A stretch of DNA of 64,000 bases from Candidatus Aenigmatarchaeota archaeon (GCA_963726265.1 CAVSBQ010000002.1:224001-288000); one strand, 5' to 3'. Positions 48,616 to 58,406 are shown, numbered from the stretch's first letter. Made by a program: numbers and translations. Notes: generated from the sequence alone by a model not told the origin.

Positions 48616-49881
48616 TTGCAGGTGTTTTGTATCATAGAAATTCGTTTTCTCGGCGGTTGCAGGGAAGTAGGCAAAATGGGCATGCTCGTCGACACGGGCG
48701 CGGAGAAGTTCCTGTGGGAATACGGCATAAACGTCGAGTCGTGGGGGAGGCCGATACAGCCCGAGATAAACTTCGACGCCGCCTTCGTCTCCCACGCGCA
48801 TCTCGACCATTCCGGCCTGCTGCCGCAACTCTATGGCATAGGCTACGAGGGAGCGATATGCATGGAGCCGGCGACCCTCAGCTTGTTATCAATCCTTTTG
48901 CGCGACTCGCTGAAGCTGCAGAAACGCGAATGCGACACGCTCGACTACCACGCGGGCGACATAAGGAAGCTGGAAACGAACGCGAGGTTCCTGAAGCATG
49001 ACGAGACCGAGGATTTCACGCTTTCGTCGGTGAGCTTCCACAACGCCGGCCACATCCCGGGCAGCGCGCTCACCCTTCTGGAAAGCCGCGGCAAGCGCAT
49101 TCTATTCACAGGCGACATAAAGTTCCTGGACACGAAGCTCATGCAAGGCGCCGATACGGATTTCAAGAACATCGACCTGCTCATTTCCGAGTCGACATAT
49201 TCATACAAGAACCATCCAGACAGAAGGGGCATCGAGAACGCGCTGAGGAAGGCCGTGCAGGAGACCGTTTACGCCGGCGGCGTGTGCGTCATCCCGGCCT
49301 TCGCAGTCGGCAGGACGCAGGAGCTGCTGCTGGTGCTGCAGGACATTGGCGTTCCAGTTTACATCGACGGCATGGGAGCCAAGGCGACGGAAGCGATACT
49401 CCAGCACGCGAAAAGCATTAAGGATCATAAAGCGTTAGCCAGGGCATTCTCCCGCGCGAGAAGGGTGAACAAGCGCAGCGAGAGGGACAGAATTGTCGAA
49501 AAGCCGTGCGCCATCCTTACGACAGCGGGAATGCTCAACGGCGGGCCCGTCATCGATTACATCTCCCGCCTTTACGACAGGCAGGACTGCTCGCTCATCC
49601 TCACAGGCTACCAGGTCCCGGGTACCGCGGGCAGAAACCTTGTGGACACGGGCAGGTTCGTCAGCGGCGACCTGGACGTGAAGCCAAGCATGAGAATGGA
49701 GTTCCTCGACTTCTCCGCGCACACGGACCACGACCATCTGCTCGAGTTCTTCAGGAAGGTGAGGCCGAAAAAGATCGCTCTCGTCCACGGGGAGAAAACG
49801 GTTGAATTCGCGCAGGAACTGAAAGCGAAGGGCTTCGACGCGGTCGCGCCGCAGAACGGAGAAAGCATCAGGGTTGACTGA
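48616..49881 (+). CDS. Metallo-beta-lactamase/beta-CASP ribonuclease
   Basis: FLGGCREVG, SHAHLDHSG, AGHIPGS, FTGD, ESTY, PAFAVGRTQE, FSAH, VHGE; start uncertain. Confidence 0.93.
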   Translation: MQVFCIIEIRFLGGCREVGKMGMLVDTGAEKFLWEYGINVESWGRPIQPEINFDAAFVSHAHLDHSGLLPQLYGIGYEGAICMEPATLSLLSILLRDSLKLQKRECDTLDYHAGDIRKLETNARFLKHDETEDFTLSSVSFHNAGHIPGSALTLLESRGKRILFTGDIKFLDTKLMQGADTDFKNIDLLISESTYSYKNHPDRRGIENALRKAVQETVYAGGVCVIPAFAVGRTQELLLVLQDIGVPVYIDGMGAKATEAILQHAKSIKDHKALARAFSRARRVNKRSERDRIVEKPCAILTTAGMLNGGPVIDYISRLYDRQDCSLILTGYQVPGTAGRNLVDTGRFVSGDLDVKPSMRMEFLDFSAHTDHDHLLEFFRKVRPKKIALVHGEKTVEFAQELKAKGFDAVAPQNGESIRVD

Positions 49882-50401
49882 AGAATTTCTCAAGTGCTTC
49901 GAGCGACGTTCCGAGACCTTCAAGATAATGCTGAAGCCACCATATATCTGCTTCTCTCAGCGCACCATCGCGGAAGTCTATTGCTAATTCTGCACTACGG
50001 AGAAGTTTGTCAGCATGCATTTCACCTGCGGCCATTATGTGAGGTCTGATATAAGGTGGAGGCTCTAGCGCTGGGTAATACTTTAGCACTAATCCCTCGA
50101 ATGCCTCTCCTGCGAGCTCTTCCACAAAATCTCTGGTCTTTGCAAAATATTCTAATTGTTGCAGGGTGGGTTTTTCCCGCAAAATCCTGAAAAACATATC
50201 TCTAGCTGGTCTTCCGGTGGCTGCCATAATTCTTTGCACATAAATCTTGTTATCTGGACTTTCTATTTCCGCCATGCTTCTTTTATGTTCGATGATGTCA
50301 TACACATCGCTACAAAGATTTTTAAAAGGCAATATTTCTACCGGGCTACCAATGCATTTCTCCAATATTCCGCAATCTGGACAGTACTCAGGATGTATCA
50401 T
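49868..50401 (-). CDS. Hypothetical protein (AT-richer)
   Basis: 177-aa ORF with N-terminal CPDC. Confidence 0.55.
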   Translation of the reverse strand: MIHPEYCPDCGILEKCIGSPVEILPFKNLCSDVYDIIEHKRSMAEIESPDNKIYVQRIMAATGRPARDMFFRILREKPTLQQLEYFAKTRDFVEELAGEAFEGLVLKYYPALEPPPYIRPHIMAAGEMHADKLLRSAELAIDFRDGALREADIWWLQHYLEGLGTSLEALEKFFSQP

Positions 50402-50532
50402 GAAATCACATTAAAGTCTGTTATTTGTAACTATTTTAAAGTAGTTATTTTTATGCCTTAAAAAGCTTTGCGCGGGCCGGATTTGCACACAGAACACCAT
50501 TATTCTTTAATTGACTGAATGTAATAATAATC

Positions 50533-51585
50533 ATGCTTGAAATTCCCGGGGAATACGGCAGCGGCTCGGGGACTATAGTCAGGCTCGCGACGGCTCTTTC
50601 TGCGCTTACCGGAAAACCGATAAAGATAACTGATATCAGCGCGAAGAGGCCGAGCCCTGGCCTGCACCACCAGCACCTCGAAGCGCTCAGAACGATTGCG
50701 AAGCTCTGCTCCGGGAAGCTGAAAGGGGATGAGGTCGGCTCTAAGGAAATCGAGTTCGTGCCCGGGAAAATAAAACACGGCAACTTCGACGCCGTCATCG
50801 AGACCGCGGGATCGATAGGCCTGCTAGGCTATGCGGTCATGATTCCGGCGGTTCATGCAGGCGGCAAAACGGTTTTGAGCATAAAGGGCGGCTCGACGGC
50901 GAGCCTCTGGTCGCCGCCGGTTTACTACATGGAAAACGTTCTTTTCCCGGTTCTTGCGAAGATGGGCATCGAGGCGAAGTTCGCGATAAAAAGGCACGGC
51001 TTCTACCCCGTCGGCGGGAGCGATGTCGTTTTTGAAATAAGCCCGGCGAAGGAGATAAAGCCGCTAAGGCTCACCGAGCCCGGAGAGGTCACCACGATAA
51101 CCGGCCTGTCGATAGCGAGCGCCTCGCTGAAGGACAGGAACGTCGCCGAGCGGCAGATTGCAGGCTACCGCAGGATAATAAGGAAGGAGAAAGGCGTTGA
51201 CATAAAACCGCTTTATGTTGCTTCGAAATCGGCTGGCTCCGTCTTCGTGGTGTGGGCGGAGACGACGACCGGATGCATTTTATCCGGCGACCATGTCGGG
51301 GAGGAAAGGAAACCGGCGGAAGTCGTCGGGGAAGAGGCGGCGTTCAAGCTGCAGGAGGAGATGAAATACCAAGCGACCGTCGGCAACTTCCTCGCTGACC
51401 AGCTCATCCCGTTCATGGCCCTCGCCAATGGCCGCTCCGAGATAATCGCGCCCGACCTGACCGAGCACATAAAGACGAACATCTGGCTGTGCGAGAAGTT
51501 CCTCGGCTCCAAATTCTCCGTCAAGGAAGAAGGCGAAAACTTCAGGATTTCCTGCTCCGGACGTTCCGGGCGCTCTGAAAAATAA
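50533..51585 (+). CDS. rtcA: RNA 3'-terminal phosphate cyclase
   Basis: G..GSG.IVR...ALSALTG...RP.PGL..QH, TAGSI.L, GFYP.G, VAERQ, PAE.VG, LADQLIPFMALA, TEHIKTN. Confidence 0.92.
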   Translation: MLEIPGEYGSGSGTIVRLATALSALTGKPIKITDISAKRPSPGLHHQHLEALRTIAKLCSGKLKGDEVGSKEIEFVPGKIKHGNFDAVIETAGSIGLLGYAVMIPAVHAGGKTVLSIKGGSTASLWSPPVYYMENVLFPVLAKMGIEAKFAIKRHGFYPVGGSDVVFEISPAKEIKPLRLTEPGEVTTITGLSIASASLKDRNVAERQIAGYRRIIRKEKGVDIKPLYVASKSAGSVFVVWAETTTGCILSGDHVGEERKPAEVVGEEAAFKLQEEMKYQATVGNFLADQLIPFMALANGRSEIIAPDLTEHIKTNIWLCEKFLGSKFSVKEEGENFRISCSGRSGRSEK

Positions 51586-51593
51586 AAATCAAA

Positions 51594-51899
51594 TCAGGCA
51601 TCATTCGGGGCCGTGCCGCAGACGCTACCAAGAGAATTCCGCAATTCCAATTCCTCGTCTGCCTTTTCAACGGCGCTTCTATAACGCTCTTTCCATGCCG
51701 CCGTACCGATTTTCCTGATTCCGGTTTTTTCGTTGAAATCTCCGGCTTTTCTCAATAACAGTTCAATTTTACCCTCAATTTCAATTGCTTTGCCTTCATC
51801 TTCGAAATCTCCGGTGTTCAGATAAGAAATATATATTCCGAGTTTATTGCAAATTCCTACTTTTTTAAGATAGTCTCTTGCATTCCGTAACAGGCTCAT
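51594..51899 (-). CDS. Hypothetical protein
   Basis: ORF downstream of DUF1405 on the same strand. Confidence 0.45.
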   Translation of the reverse strand: MSLLRNARDYLKKVGICNKLGIYISYLNTGDFEDEGKAIEIEGKIELLLRKAGDFNEKTGIRKIGTAAWKERYRSAVEKADEELELRNSLGSVCGTAPNDA

Positions 51900-51932
51900 G
51901 CTAGATAGAATGGGAAAAAATTTTAAATACGT

Positions 51933-52547
51933 TTACTGTGCCTTGCGCCCGGCAGCAGTTCCGTAGAACTGCCGAGCGGTTATCATGAAAACAATCAGGA
52001 TACTCGCTGCAAAGCTTTCGAACATCAGTAGATTGATATACGTCGGCGGGATTCTCGTGACCGTGCCCCAGAAATAGTCGAGATAGTCGTTCGTGAGGCA
52101 TATGGCCAGCACGAACAGGGCGCCGGTTATTTTAGGCTTTATTTTTGGGATGAGCATCACGCCTTCGACTGCCATGCCGAGATGCAGTATAAAGTCCAGG
52201 CCTCCTACCACCTGGTCGCCGAAAACCGCGTAATTGACCCAGTAAAGCCAGAGCGTCAGCATGGTCCAGAAGCCGTATTTTATGACATACGCCGCCGCGA
52301 GTAGCTTGAACGTCTCGGGAATTCCTTTCCTGAAATAAAGGAGCAGGCACACTATTGAAAACAGCAGCACGGAAAGCGGGGAGTCGATTATGACTATCCA
52401 CAGCGCAGGCGGCGAAGCCATCAGCTGGTTCCAGTAATAGTATATGCCGGTGAAGAAGCCTGCGACATTGGCAGCAACCAGGAACGCGAGCATTCTCCTG
52501 CTGCCTAAAATCCTTTCAGAAAAGCTGGAAATTTTTTGGGGCAACAT
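51933..52547 (-). CDS. DUF1405 family membrane protein
   Basis: N..G...G.YYY..QL, DSP, KYG.WT, H..M..E, NDYLDY. Confidence 0.85.
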   Translation of the reverse strand: MLPQKISSFSERILGSRRMLAFLVAANVAGFFTGIYYYWNQLMASPPALWIVIIDSPLSVLLFSIVCLLLYFRKGIPETFKLLAAAYVIKYGFWTMLTLWLYWVNYAVFGDQVVGGLDFILHLGMAVEGVMLIPKIKPKITGALFVLAICLTNDYLDYFWGTVTRIPPTYINLLMFESFAASILIVFMITARQFYGTAAGRKAQ

Positions 52548-53043
52548 TGGCTATCTCCCTGATGGGCACGCCGCCGACAAGAGAATGCGGCGGGACGCTC
52601 TTGTTAACTAGCGAATAGGCGGCGACCTTGGAGTTGTCGCCTATGCTGACTCCGGGCAGGACGAGCGTGAGCGAGCCTATGAGCACGCCGCTGCCTATCT
52701 TCACGTTCCCTTTTTTGTAATGATCGTTGTGGAACTCGTGCGTCACGATGGTCGTGAACGAGCCTATCGTGCAGTTGTCGCCTATCTCTATGAGCTCGGG
52801 AAAGAATATGTCGAAGTTCGTCCCGTAGATGCGCACGTTCCTGCCTATCTTCATGCCCGTCCTCCTGTAGAGCCGGTTCTTGAATTCGACGTCGGGCAGG
52901 AACTTGCATGCGGTTATGATCATGTAGTTGAACGCGACCCTGAGGGGATGGCGAATCTTCTTCCATTTCCTCAGCGATCTTCCCTCTTCCGGGAATTTGA
53001 AGCAGGTTATCATCCTTTTGAGATGCTGCCTTTCTTCTTCCAT
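52516..53043 (-). CDS. Hexapeptide-repeat acyltransferase
   Basis: GMKIG.NV, D.FFPELI.IGDN..IG, LPGV.IGD...VAA.SLV, GGVP. Confidence 0.9.
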   Translation of the reverse strand: MEEERQHLKRMITCFKFPEEGRSLRKWKKIRHPLRVAFNYMIITACKFLPDVEFKNRLYRRTGMKIGRNVRIYGTNFDIFFPELIEIGDNCTIGSFTTIVTHEFHNDHYKKGNVKIGSGVLIGSLTLVLPGVSIGDNSKVAAYSLVNKSVPPHSLVGGVPIREIANVAPKNFQLF

Positions 53044-53258
53044 ATTACCCCCTCGAATCTCACCTCAAGGATCCTGTGGTTCGGTATGTGCGTTTCGCGC
53101 TCGTTATCCTTGTAACAGAAATGCGACCTTTTCAGGGACGTGATGGCCGCGCCTGACACCGTCTTCTTGTCGCCGGGCGCCCCGCGATGGACGAAAACGA
53201 CTTCCGCCTCCGCCAGCTTCCCCGTCCATTTCAGCCGGTTGAGCGCCTCGAACGCCAT
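53010..53258 (-). CDS. DUF504/MJ1316-like RNA-repair domain protein
   Basis: LNRLKW...HRGAPG..K...HIP.HRI; probable frameshift at the C-terminus. Confidence 0.8.
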   Translation of the reverse strand: MAFEALNRLKWTGKLAEAEVVFVHRGAPGDKKTVSGAAITSLKRSHFCYKDNERETHIPNHRILEVRFEGVIWKKKGSISKG

Positions 53259-53299
53259 CTTAAATGTTGTATGCAGGAGTTAAATGCTTCGCGCCAAAA

Positions 53300-53425
53300 T
53301 CAGAGTTCAAGGTAGATGTCGAGCGAGTCGCTCTTGCCGCAGCGCGGGCATGCATCCGCGTGCTCGAAGACTATGCCGCACTTCGTGCATATCGTCTTCT
53401 CGACCAGTTCCTTCTTGCGGCCCAT
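53300..53425 (-). CDS. 41-aa zinc-ribbon micro-protein
   Basis: MGRKKELVEKTICTKCGIVFEHADACPRCGKSDSLDIYLEL*; absent from the ORF track. Confidence 0.7.
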   Translation of the reverse strand: MGRKKELVEKTICTKCGIVFEHADACPRCGKSDSLDIYLEL

Positions 53426-53481
53426 GACTTCAACCCGTTAAGAATTGTGCAGAAGCGCTTTAAAAACCTGACAGTCGGGAC

Positions 53482-54186
53482 TCAGAAAACCTTTTTTATT
53501 TTCAGCGTCTCCAGCTCGACTGAAATTATCTTCGCATTGCCCGGGTTGACGCACAGCGTCCTGCCAAGCCTCTGCTTAATGCTGCCCGACACCTGCGGGG
53601 ACTCGTGTATGTGGCCGTGCAGCGTGAGGAGCGGCTGCATGTCCTCGATGAATCTCCTCACCGCCTCGCTGCCCCTGTGCTCGCCGTTGTGGAGCATGTC
53701 CAGCTCCGTCCCGAGAGGCGGCGCGTGGAAGACGAACATTGTCCTGCACATGTCAAGCCTGGCGGACATTGCCCTGAGCTCCCTGTAAATCTCATCCTCC
53801 GTTTTTTCCCAGTCCTTGAGCAGGAACGGCGTCGGGTTTATGTAGGGGTAGCCCGCGATGGCGAAACCATCGAGTCTGCAGGATTTCCTGTGCAGCAGCA
53901 GCGCGCTCTTGAGCTTGTCCGCCTTCCTGAGCATGGGGGAATTCGAGGAGAAGTCGTCGTTGCCCATCATGATGAATACCGGTTTTTTCACCTGCTTCCT
54001 GAACTCGCGCAGTCGCGGCAGCAGGTAGAACTGCAGGAAGAACTTCTGGCCGCTGGGGTTGATGCCCGTCGTGATGTCGCCGCCGAACACGATGAAGTCG
54101 ATGTCCCTCGCTTTCGCCAGCTCGAACATCGTCTCGTATACCTTCACAGTTCCATGGACGTCCGTCACGTAGAGGAATTTGGTCAT
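53482..54186 (-). CDS. Icc-like metallophosphoesterase
   Basis: TDVHG, GGD, GNDD, HAPP, HGHIHE, NPG. Confidence 0.92.
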   Translation of the reverse strand: MTKFLYVTDVHGTVKVYETMFELAKARDIDFIVFGGDITTGINPSGQKFFLQFYLLPRLREFRKQVKKPVFIMMGNDDFSSNSPMLRKADKLKSALLLHRKSCRLDGFAIAGYPYINPTPFLLKDWEKTEDEIYRELRAMSARLDMCRTMFVFHAPPLGTELDMLHNGEHRGSEAVRRFIEDMQPLLTLHGHIHESPQVSGSIKQRLGRTLCVNPGNAKIISVELETLKIKKVF

Positions 54187-54212
54187 AGAATCATCACTTG
54201 ATTTAATCTTAG

Positions 54213-54322
54213 TGGACTCGTCGGGAGTTTCAAACGGACGCAGATGAAATCTGCGTCTTGCGCCTTTGAACCCGAGGCCTCTCGGATGCGAGCCGAGCGC
54301 TCTACCACTGAGCTACGAGCCC
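54213..54322 (-). tRNA. tRNA-Ala(CGC) with 38-nt T-loop intron at 59/60 (54227-54264)
   Basis: GGGCTCG/CGAGTCC acceptor with G3:U70; CTCGG-CT-CGC-AT-CCGAG; T-arm TCGGG-TTCAAA|T-CCCGA restored by removing the intron; BHB helix TTCA/TGAA. Confidence 0.92.
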
Positions 54323-54365
54323 GTGTCGAACATTATCTTATTATTCAGTATATATAACTTAAAAT

Positions 54366-54731
54366 ATGCCCATATTCGTCGTCCACGAGCATCATGCGAA
54401 ACACCTGCACTGGGACCTGCGCTTAGAGATGAACGGCGTGCTGAAATCTTTCGCCGTTCCGAAGGAGCCGCCACTCGAGACGGGAGTCAAGCGCCTCGCC
54501 ATCCAGGTCGAGGACCACGACCTCGAATACGGCAAGTTCGAAGGCAGGATTGCGGAAGGGTATGGCGCGGGCGAAGTGAAAATCTGGGACACCGGGCCTC
54601 TGGAGATAATAAGCAGGAAGCCGGAGAAAATCGTTTTCAAGGCTGGCGGCAAAAAGATGCGCGGCGAATACGTGCTGCTGAAGTTCAGGAAGGCCGGCGA
54701 AAAGGAATGGCTGCTTTTCAAGAAAGGCTGA
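54366..54731 (+). CDS. Stand-alone LigD 3'-phosphoesterase (PE) domain
   Basis: FVVHEH.A.HLHWDLRLE..GVLKSFAVPK.P...KRLAIQVEDH...Y..FEG.I..GYGAG.V.IWD.G. Confidence 0.93.
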   Translation: MPIFVVHEHHAKHLHWDLRLEMNGVLKSFAVPKEPPLETGVKRLAIQVEDHDLEYGKFEGRIAEGYGAGEVKIWDTGPLEIISRKPEKIVFKAGGKKMRGEYVLLKFRKAGEKEWLLFKKG

Positions 54732-54779
54732 TTCTCCCCAGCCAACCCTATTTTAATCACCTCTGTAAAATATTTTCTT

Positions 54780-55316
54780 ATGATTGACCTTTACACGTTC
54801 GTCGAGGCCGTCTGGCTCATCTGGCCGGCGTACGGGGCGAATGGCCTATGCATGCTCGCGCGTGGGAAGCGGGCCATCGACGGCGGCCGCATGTGGCGGG
54901 GCAAACAGATTTTCGGGCCTGGAAAGACGTGGGAAGGCCTCGTTCTCGGCGTGGTTGTCGCGACGCTGGTCGCGACGTTCCAGATGCTCGTCGCGCCGTT
55001 TCTGCCGTGGAATCTTTCGCCCGTCCCGCTTGATATTGTTATCATGACGCCTCTGCTCGGCTTCCTGATGGGCCTAGGCGCGATGCTCGGGGACATAGGA
55101 GGCTCGTTCATCAAAAGGCGGTTTGGCATCGCGAGAGGGAAGCCCGCCCCTCTTCTGGACCAGCTCGACTTCATAATTGGAATGCTGGTTTTCGCTAGCC
55201 TTGTGGTCGCGTTCAAATGGGAATGGGCGGTGATAATGCTGGTGATGACACCGATAATCCATCTGACAGCGAACTTCGTGGCGTATCTGCTCAAGCTCAA
55301 GAACGTGCCTTACTAA
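54780..55316 (+). CDS. carS: CDP-archaeol synthase
   Basis: PAY.AN, IDGG...G..IFGPGKTWEG, GAMLGD..GSFIKRR.G..RG.PAP.LDQLDF, K.VPY. Confidence 0.93.
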   Translation: MIDLYTFVEAVWLIWPAYGANGLCMLARGKRAIDGGRMWRGKQIFGPGKTWEGLVLGVVVATLVATFQMLVAPFLPWNLSPVPLDIVIMTPLLGFLMGLGAMLGDIGGSFIKRRFGIARGKPAPLLDQLDFIIGMLVFASLVVAFKWEWAVIMLVMTPIIHLTANFVAYLLKLKNVPY

Positions 55317-55339
55317 TCTTGTAAAATTTTTCAGATTTT

Positions 55340-55849
55340 TTATAACTTTATGTAAAAGCGGCCCAAACAATTTGGAGGAAGAGCTTTATCTCTATGAACA
55401 TAACCTATTTCTGAACCGTTAATAGAAGGCCCCTCTATCCACAAATCATCTCCATAAATAGATTTGCCATCAAAACTTCTATCGATATGAAGTGATTTGC
55501 ATAATTCAATGGGACCCAAGTCATCTCCTTTCTTAGATTCTCCTATTATATGAAGTCTGCGTATGAACACGCAGGATGGTTCACCCTCTTTATCAGTTGA
55601 TATGTTTAGAAAAACTCCGCCGCGATAAGGCATTATATAAATTTTACCCGGAGGATAAAGGAGTCCTTCCTTGTTCTTGGTTCCTTTTCCAATTCCATGA
55701 TAAGGCCATGTTTCGGTGATTATTCCACTCAAAACATTATCTTCGTATAGATTCCTGACCAGAATTCTTCCCATAATATCTCTGGCAACGTCCTTTGAAT
55801 TTCGTGCAAAAAACTCCTCATTTAGTTTTTCCATAATATCAGTCTCCAA
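55340..55849 (-). CDS. Divergent MPG/AAG-family DNA glycosylase
   Basis: L..EFF.R.S..VARD.MG.ILVR, G.ITETWPY.G, PPG.IY, LNI, G.P.CV.IR, GP..LC.SL.I..SF.G, LWIE. Confidence 0.8.
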   Translation of the reverse strand: METDIMEKLNEEFFARNSKDVARDIMGRILVRNLYEDNVLSGIITETWPYHGIGKGTKNKEGLLYPPGKIYIMPYRGGVFLNISTDKEGEPSCVFIRRLHIIGESKKGDDLGPIELCKSLHIDRSFDGKSIYGDDLWIEGPSINGSEIGYVHRDKALPPNCLGRFYIKL

Positions 55850-58406
55850 TTTTCTTTACCATGATGCAATGGCTAGTATCTTTACGTCGGGTCTTAATTG
55901 TCGCCCTTTTCCATCCCAATTCATTTAATTTATACTCCGGTATTTCACCGATACCTCTATAACGTTCCAACAAAGCCAATACCTCCTGACCATTCTGAGC
56001 CATTTTAATTTTGTCAAAAATGTTTTTATTCACATAATCGGTCGTTCTTGCCGTCAATTCTTCATCCAAGCCGGTTTTCGGGTCATAAAAAGCGAATTTT
56101 TTGCACACCTCTCCATTATCTTCCGCTTCCTGTGCAAATCTTATATCTCTTTTTGTTCTTCTTGGTGTTATGACATGAATATCCTTCCTGAATGCAAACT
56201 GATCTTCATCTAGTTTCTCGGAAGTCGGATACCCAATTTTTTTGCCAACGGCCATATGGACTCTAAAATCGCTTCCTATCGGTTCTATTGCCTTGACGAA
56301 TCCTGATAATTCAGGAATCACCTCAAAGCCTAGCATGCCCAAACCTTCATATAATTTTTTCTGAATTTCTGGATCAATCAAACTTTCAGGGAGTGCCAGA
56401 ATGTAGTATCCATTCTTTTTCAAAATCCTGTTGGCTTCCCTCACAGCCCCCGTTCTCTCCTCACCAAGAGATAAATAATAAAGGCCCAGCGAACATAACG
56501 CAAGATCGAATTTTTCGCCAATTAACGGAAGTTGATGAATAGAAGCCGCGATACTTGCGCCTTTTTGTTTAGAAAACTCTCTCCCTTTTCTCAACTGGTG
56601 TTCATTTATATCCAAACTTGTTATTGGAGCACCTAAAACATGAGATAAGATGGCTGGTCCCGAAGCCAAGTCTACCTTTTCGATCAAATTCTCGCCGCTT
56701 TGCACGAGTCCTTCAATTATTTTTTTATAAACAGCTGCGGTTTTTCCTGAATATGAACTCTCCCATCCGATGAGGTAATTATCTGCTATCTCCGTTCCCA
56801 ATTCGCATCCATCGAGTTTGAGATGTTCCAGATACTGCCTCGCTCCTATTCCATAAAGGTTTGCGTTGTGCAGGCTGATTTTCTGCTGTGGGCTCAGCCT
56901 TCCTGCCTCCTTGGGCGACATTCTTTTTATTATCGATTTTTGCAAATGGGGTGGTTTTGCAGTCATCTGTTTTTCATCCGAAGTCAGTCTCCTTGTCCCG
57001 CCATCCATGACATAGGTTATGATATCTTTTTTGTCCTCTCTCTGCTCCCTTATACCCTCATCAATCGAACCGTATGGATTTAACAAATACTTGCCAACCA
57101 GGCTGAATATCTCAACAGGGTGTATCTGGCCCGGTCTCCACAACCTTTTATTGGCCTGTTCATACTCAGCGTCGGTGAAAGGCTCATCCAGATGAATACC
57201 GTTTTGTGCAGCTGTCAAATCGGTTCCCAAGCTCATGGCCTGAACCATGCCGATGCAGACCCTCTTTTTGGGATTAGTCTGGAACTCTATTCTTCCTTTT
57301 TCCCTATCGCTCCATGGCTCACTCTCTTTCCTGTGCAAACTCACGGTTCCGTCTAACCTGACCACACCGGCATCCTTGTATCTATCCTCCAACACTTCTG
57401 TAACGCCGTCCCTGAAATGGGAGCTGAATATGACAACCTTTTCGCCTTTGCTCAGCTCCCTTTCGACTATTTTGTCCAAGGCATCGTATTTTGCCGAGGG
57501 AACAGTTTCTAAAATTTTTCTGAGGCCTTCATCATTTATGCAAGCGGGGTCTACCAAAGCTGGATTTATAAGAGCCTTCTCTAACTCCATAAGCTTTCTG
57601 AACGCATTAAGGTCTTTGCGTTGATATATTTCCGTATAAATTCTTTCTTGATCAGCATTGAGAACCACCGGTATTATGTGATGCGTGATGGGCGGCAAAT
57701 TGATAACATCCTCTGTTTCCCTTCTCAGCATTTTTCCGCCAGGCCCGCTCAGCATCCAGCAAAGAACTGTTGGGTCCTTTCCATAAGCTTTGTCAACATC
57801 CTCGGCTGTCGGGAATTTGTCCGGATAGAGCATGCTCACCAAGGTAAATGCATCATCTATCGTATTGGGTATAGGAGTTCCAGAAAGCAGCGCTAAATAT
57901 CTAACGTTATCGGCAAGTTCTTTTATCGCTTTGGTGCGGGAAGCGAGGGGATTCCTGGAGATGTGGATTTCGTCCCCTATCAAAAAATCGAATCCTATTT
58001 CCTTTAATCTTGACACGGTATCTCTGTTGGTCTGTATTTTTTCGCCATGGAGGTCATAGAGGAGCTCATAGTTTATCAGAGTGAAATCGGAATCCTTCGC
58101 CCTTTTCAAGTCTTTCTCGATGGTATCAGCATATACCGGCACTATTTTTTGCGGCGTTTTGAAATATTTTGCCAGCTCTCTTTGCCAGTGTTCCTTTAGA
58201 AATGCCGGAGAAACTACCAAAGCCCTTATTTTATTGCCGGTTTTGCTTTCAAATGCGTCTTTCGCAAGCCCTGCAACCGCTGTCTTGTAAAGGCCCATAT
58301 CATAAGCCAATAGCGCTCTTTCATTGTCTGTAATGAACTTTACCCCCTCTACCGTGGAGATGTGAGGGAAATCCACGTATTTCGATATCAAATTATATTT
58401 TCCCAT
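55839..58406 (-). CDS. SNF2-family helicase/ATPase fused to a class I SAM-dependent methyltransferase domain
   Basis: AYDMGLYKT, DEIH, LSGTP, KVVIFS, LDG, SLGTDLTAA, QANKRLWRPGQ; then VDLASGP, FDLALCSL, EANRILKKNG. Confidence 0.85.
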   Translation of the reverse strand: MGKYNLISKYVDFPHISTVEGVKFITDNERALLAYDMGLYKTAVAGLAKDAFESKTGNKIRALVVSPAFLKEHWQRELAKYFKTPQKIVPVYADTIEKDLKRAKDSDFTLINYELLYDLHGEKIQTNRDTVSRLKEIGFDFLIGDEIHISRNPLASRTKAIKELADNVRYLALLSGTPIPNTIDDAFTLVSMLYPDKFPTAEDVDKAYGKDPTVLCWMLSGPGGKMLRRETEDVINLPPITHHIIPVVLNADQERIYTEIYQRKDLNAFRKLMELEKALINPALVDPACINDEGLRKILETVPSAKYDALDKIVERELSKGEKVVIFSSHFRDGVTEVLEDRYKDAGVVRLDGTVSLHRKESEPWSDREKGRIEFQTNPKKRVCIGMVQAMSLGTDLTAAQNGIHLDEPFTDAEYEQANKRLWRPGQIHPVEIFSLVGKYLLNPYGSIDEGIREQREDKKDIITYVMDGGTRRLTSDEKQMTAKPPHLQKSIIKRMSPKEAGRLSPQQKISLHNANLYGIGARQYLEHLKLDGCELGTEIADNYLIGWESSYSGKTAAVYKKIIEGLVQSGENLIEKVDLASGPAILSHVLGAPITSLDINEHQLRKGREFSKQKGASIAASIHQLPLIGEKFDLALCSLGLYYLSLGEERTGAVREANRILKKNGYYILALPESLIDPEIQKKLYEGLGMLGFEVIPELSGFVKAIEPIGSDFRVHMAVGKKIGYPTSEKLDEDQFAFRKDIHVITPRRTKRDIRFAQEAEDNGEVCKKFAFYDPKTGLDEELTARTTDYVNKNIFDKIKMAQNGQEVLALLERYRGIGEIPEYKLNELGWKRATIKTRRKDTSHCIMVKKIGD

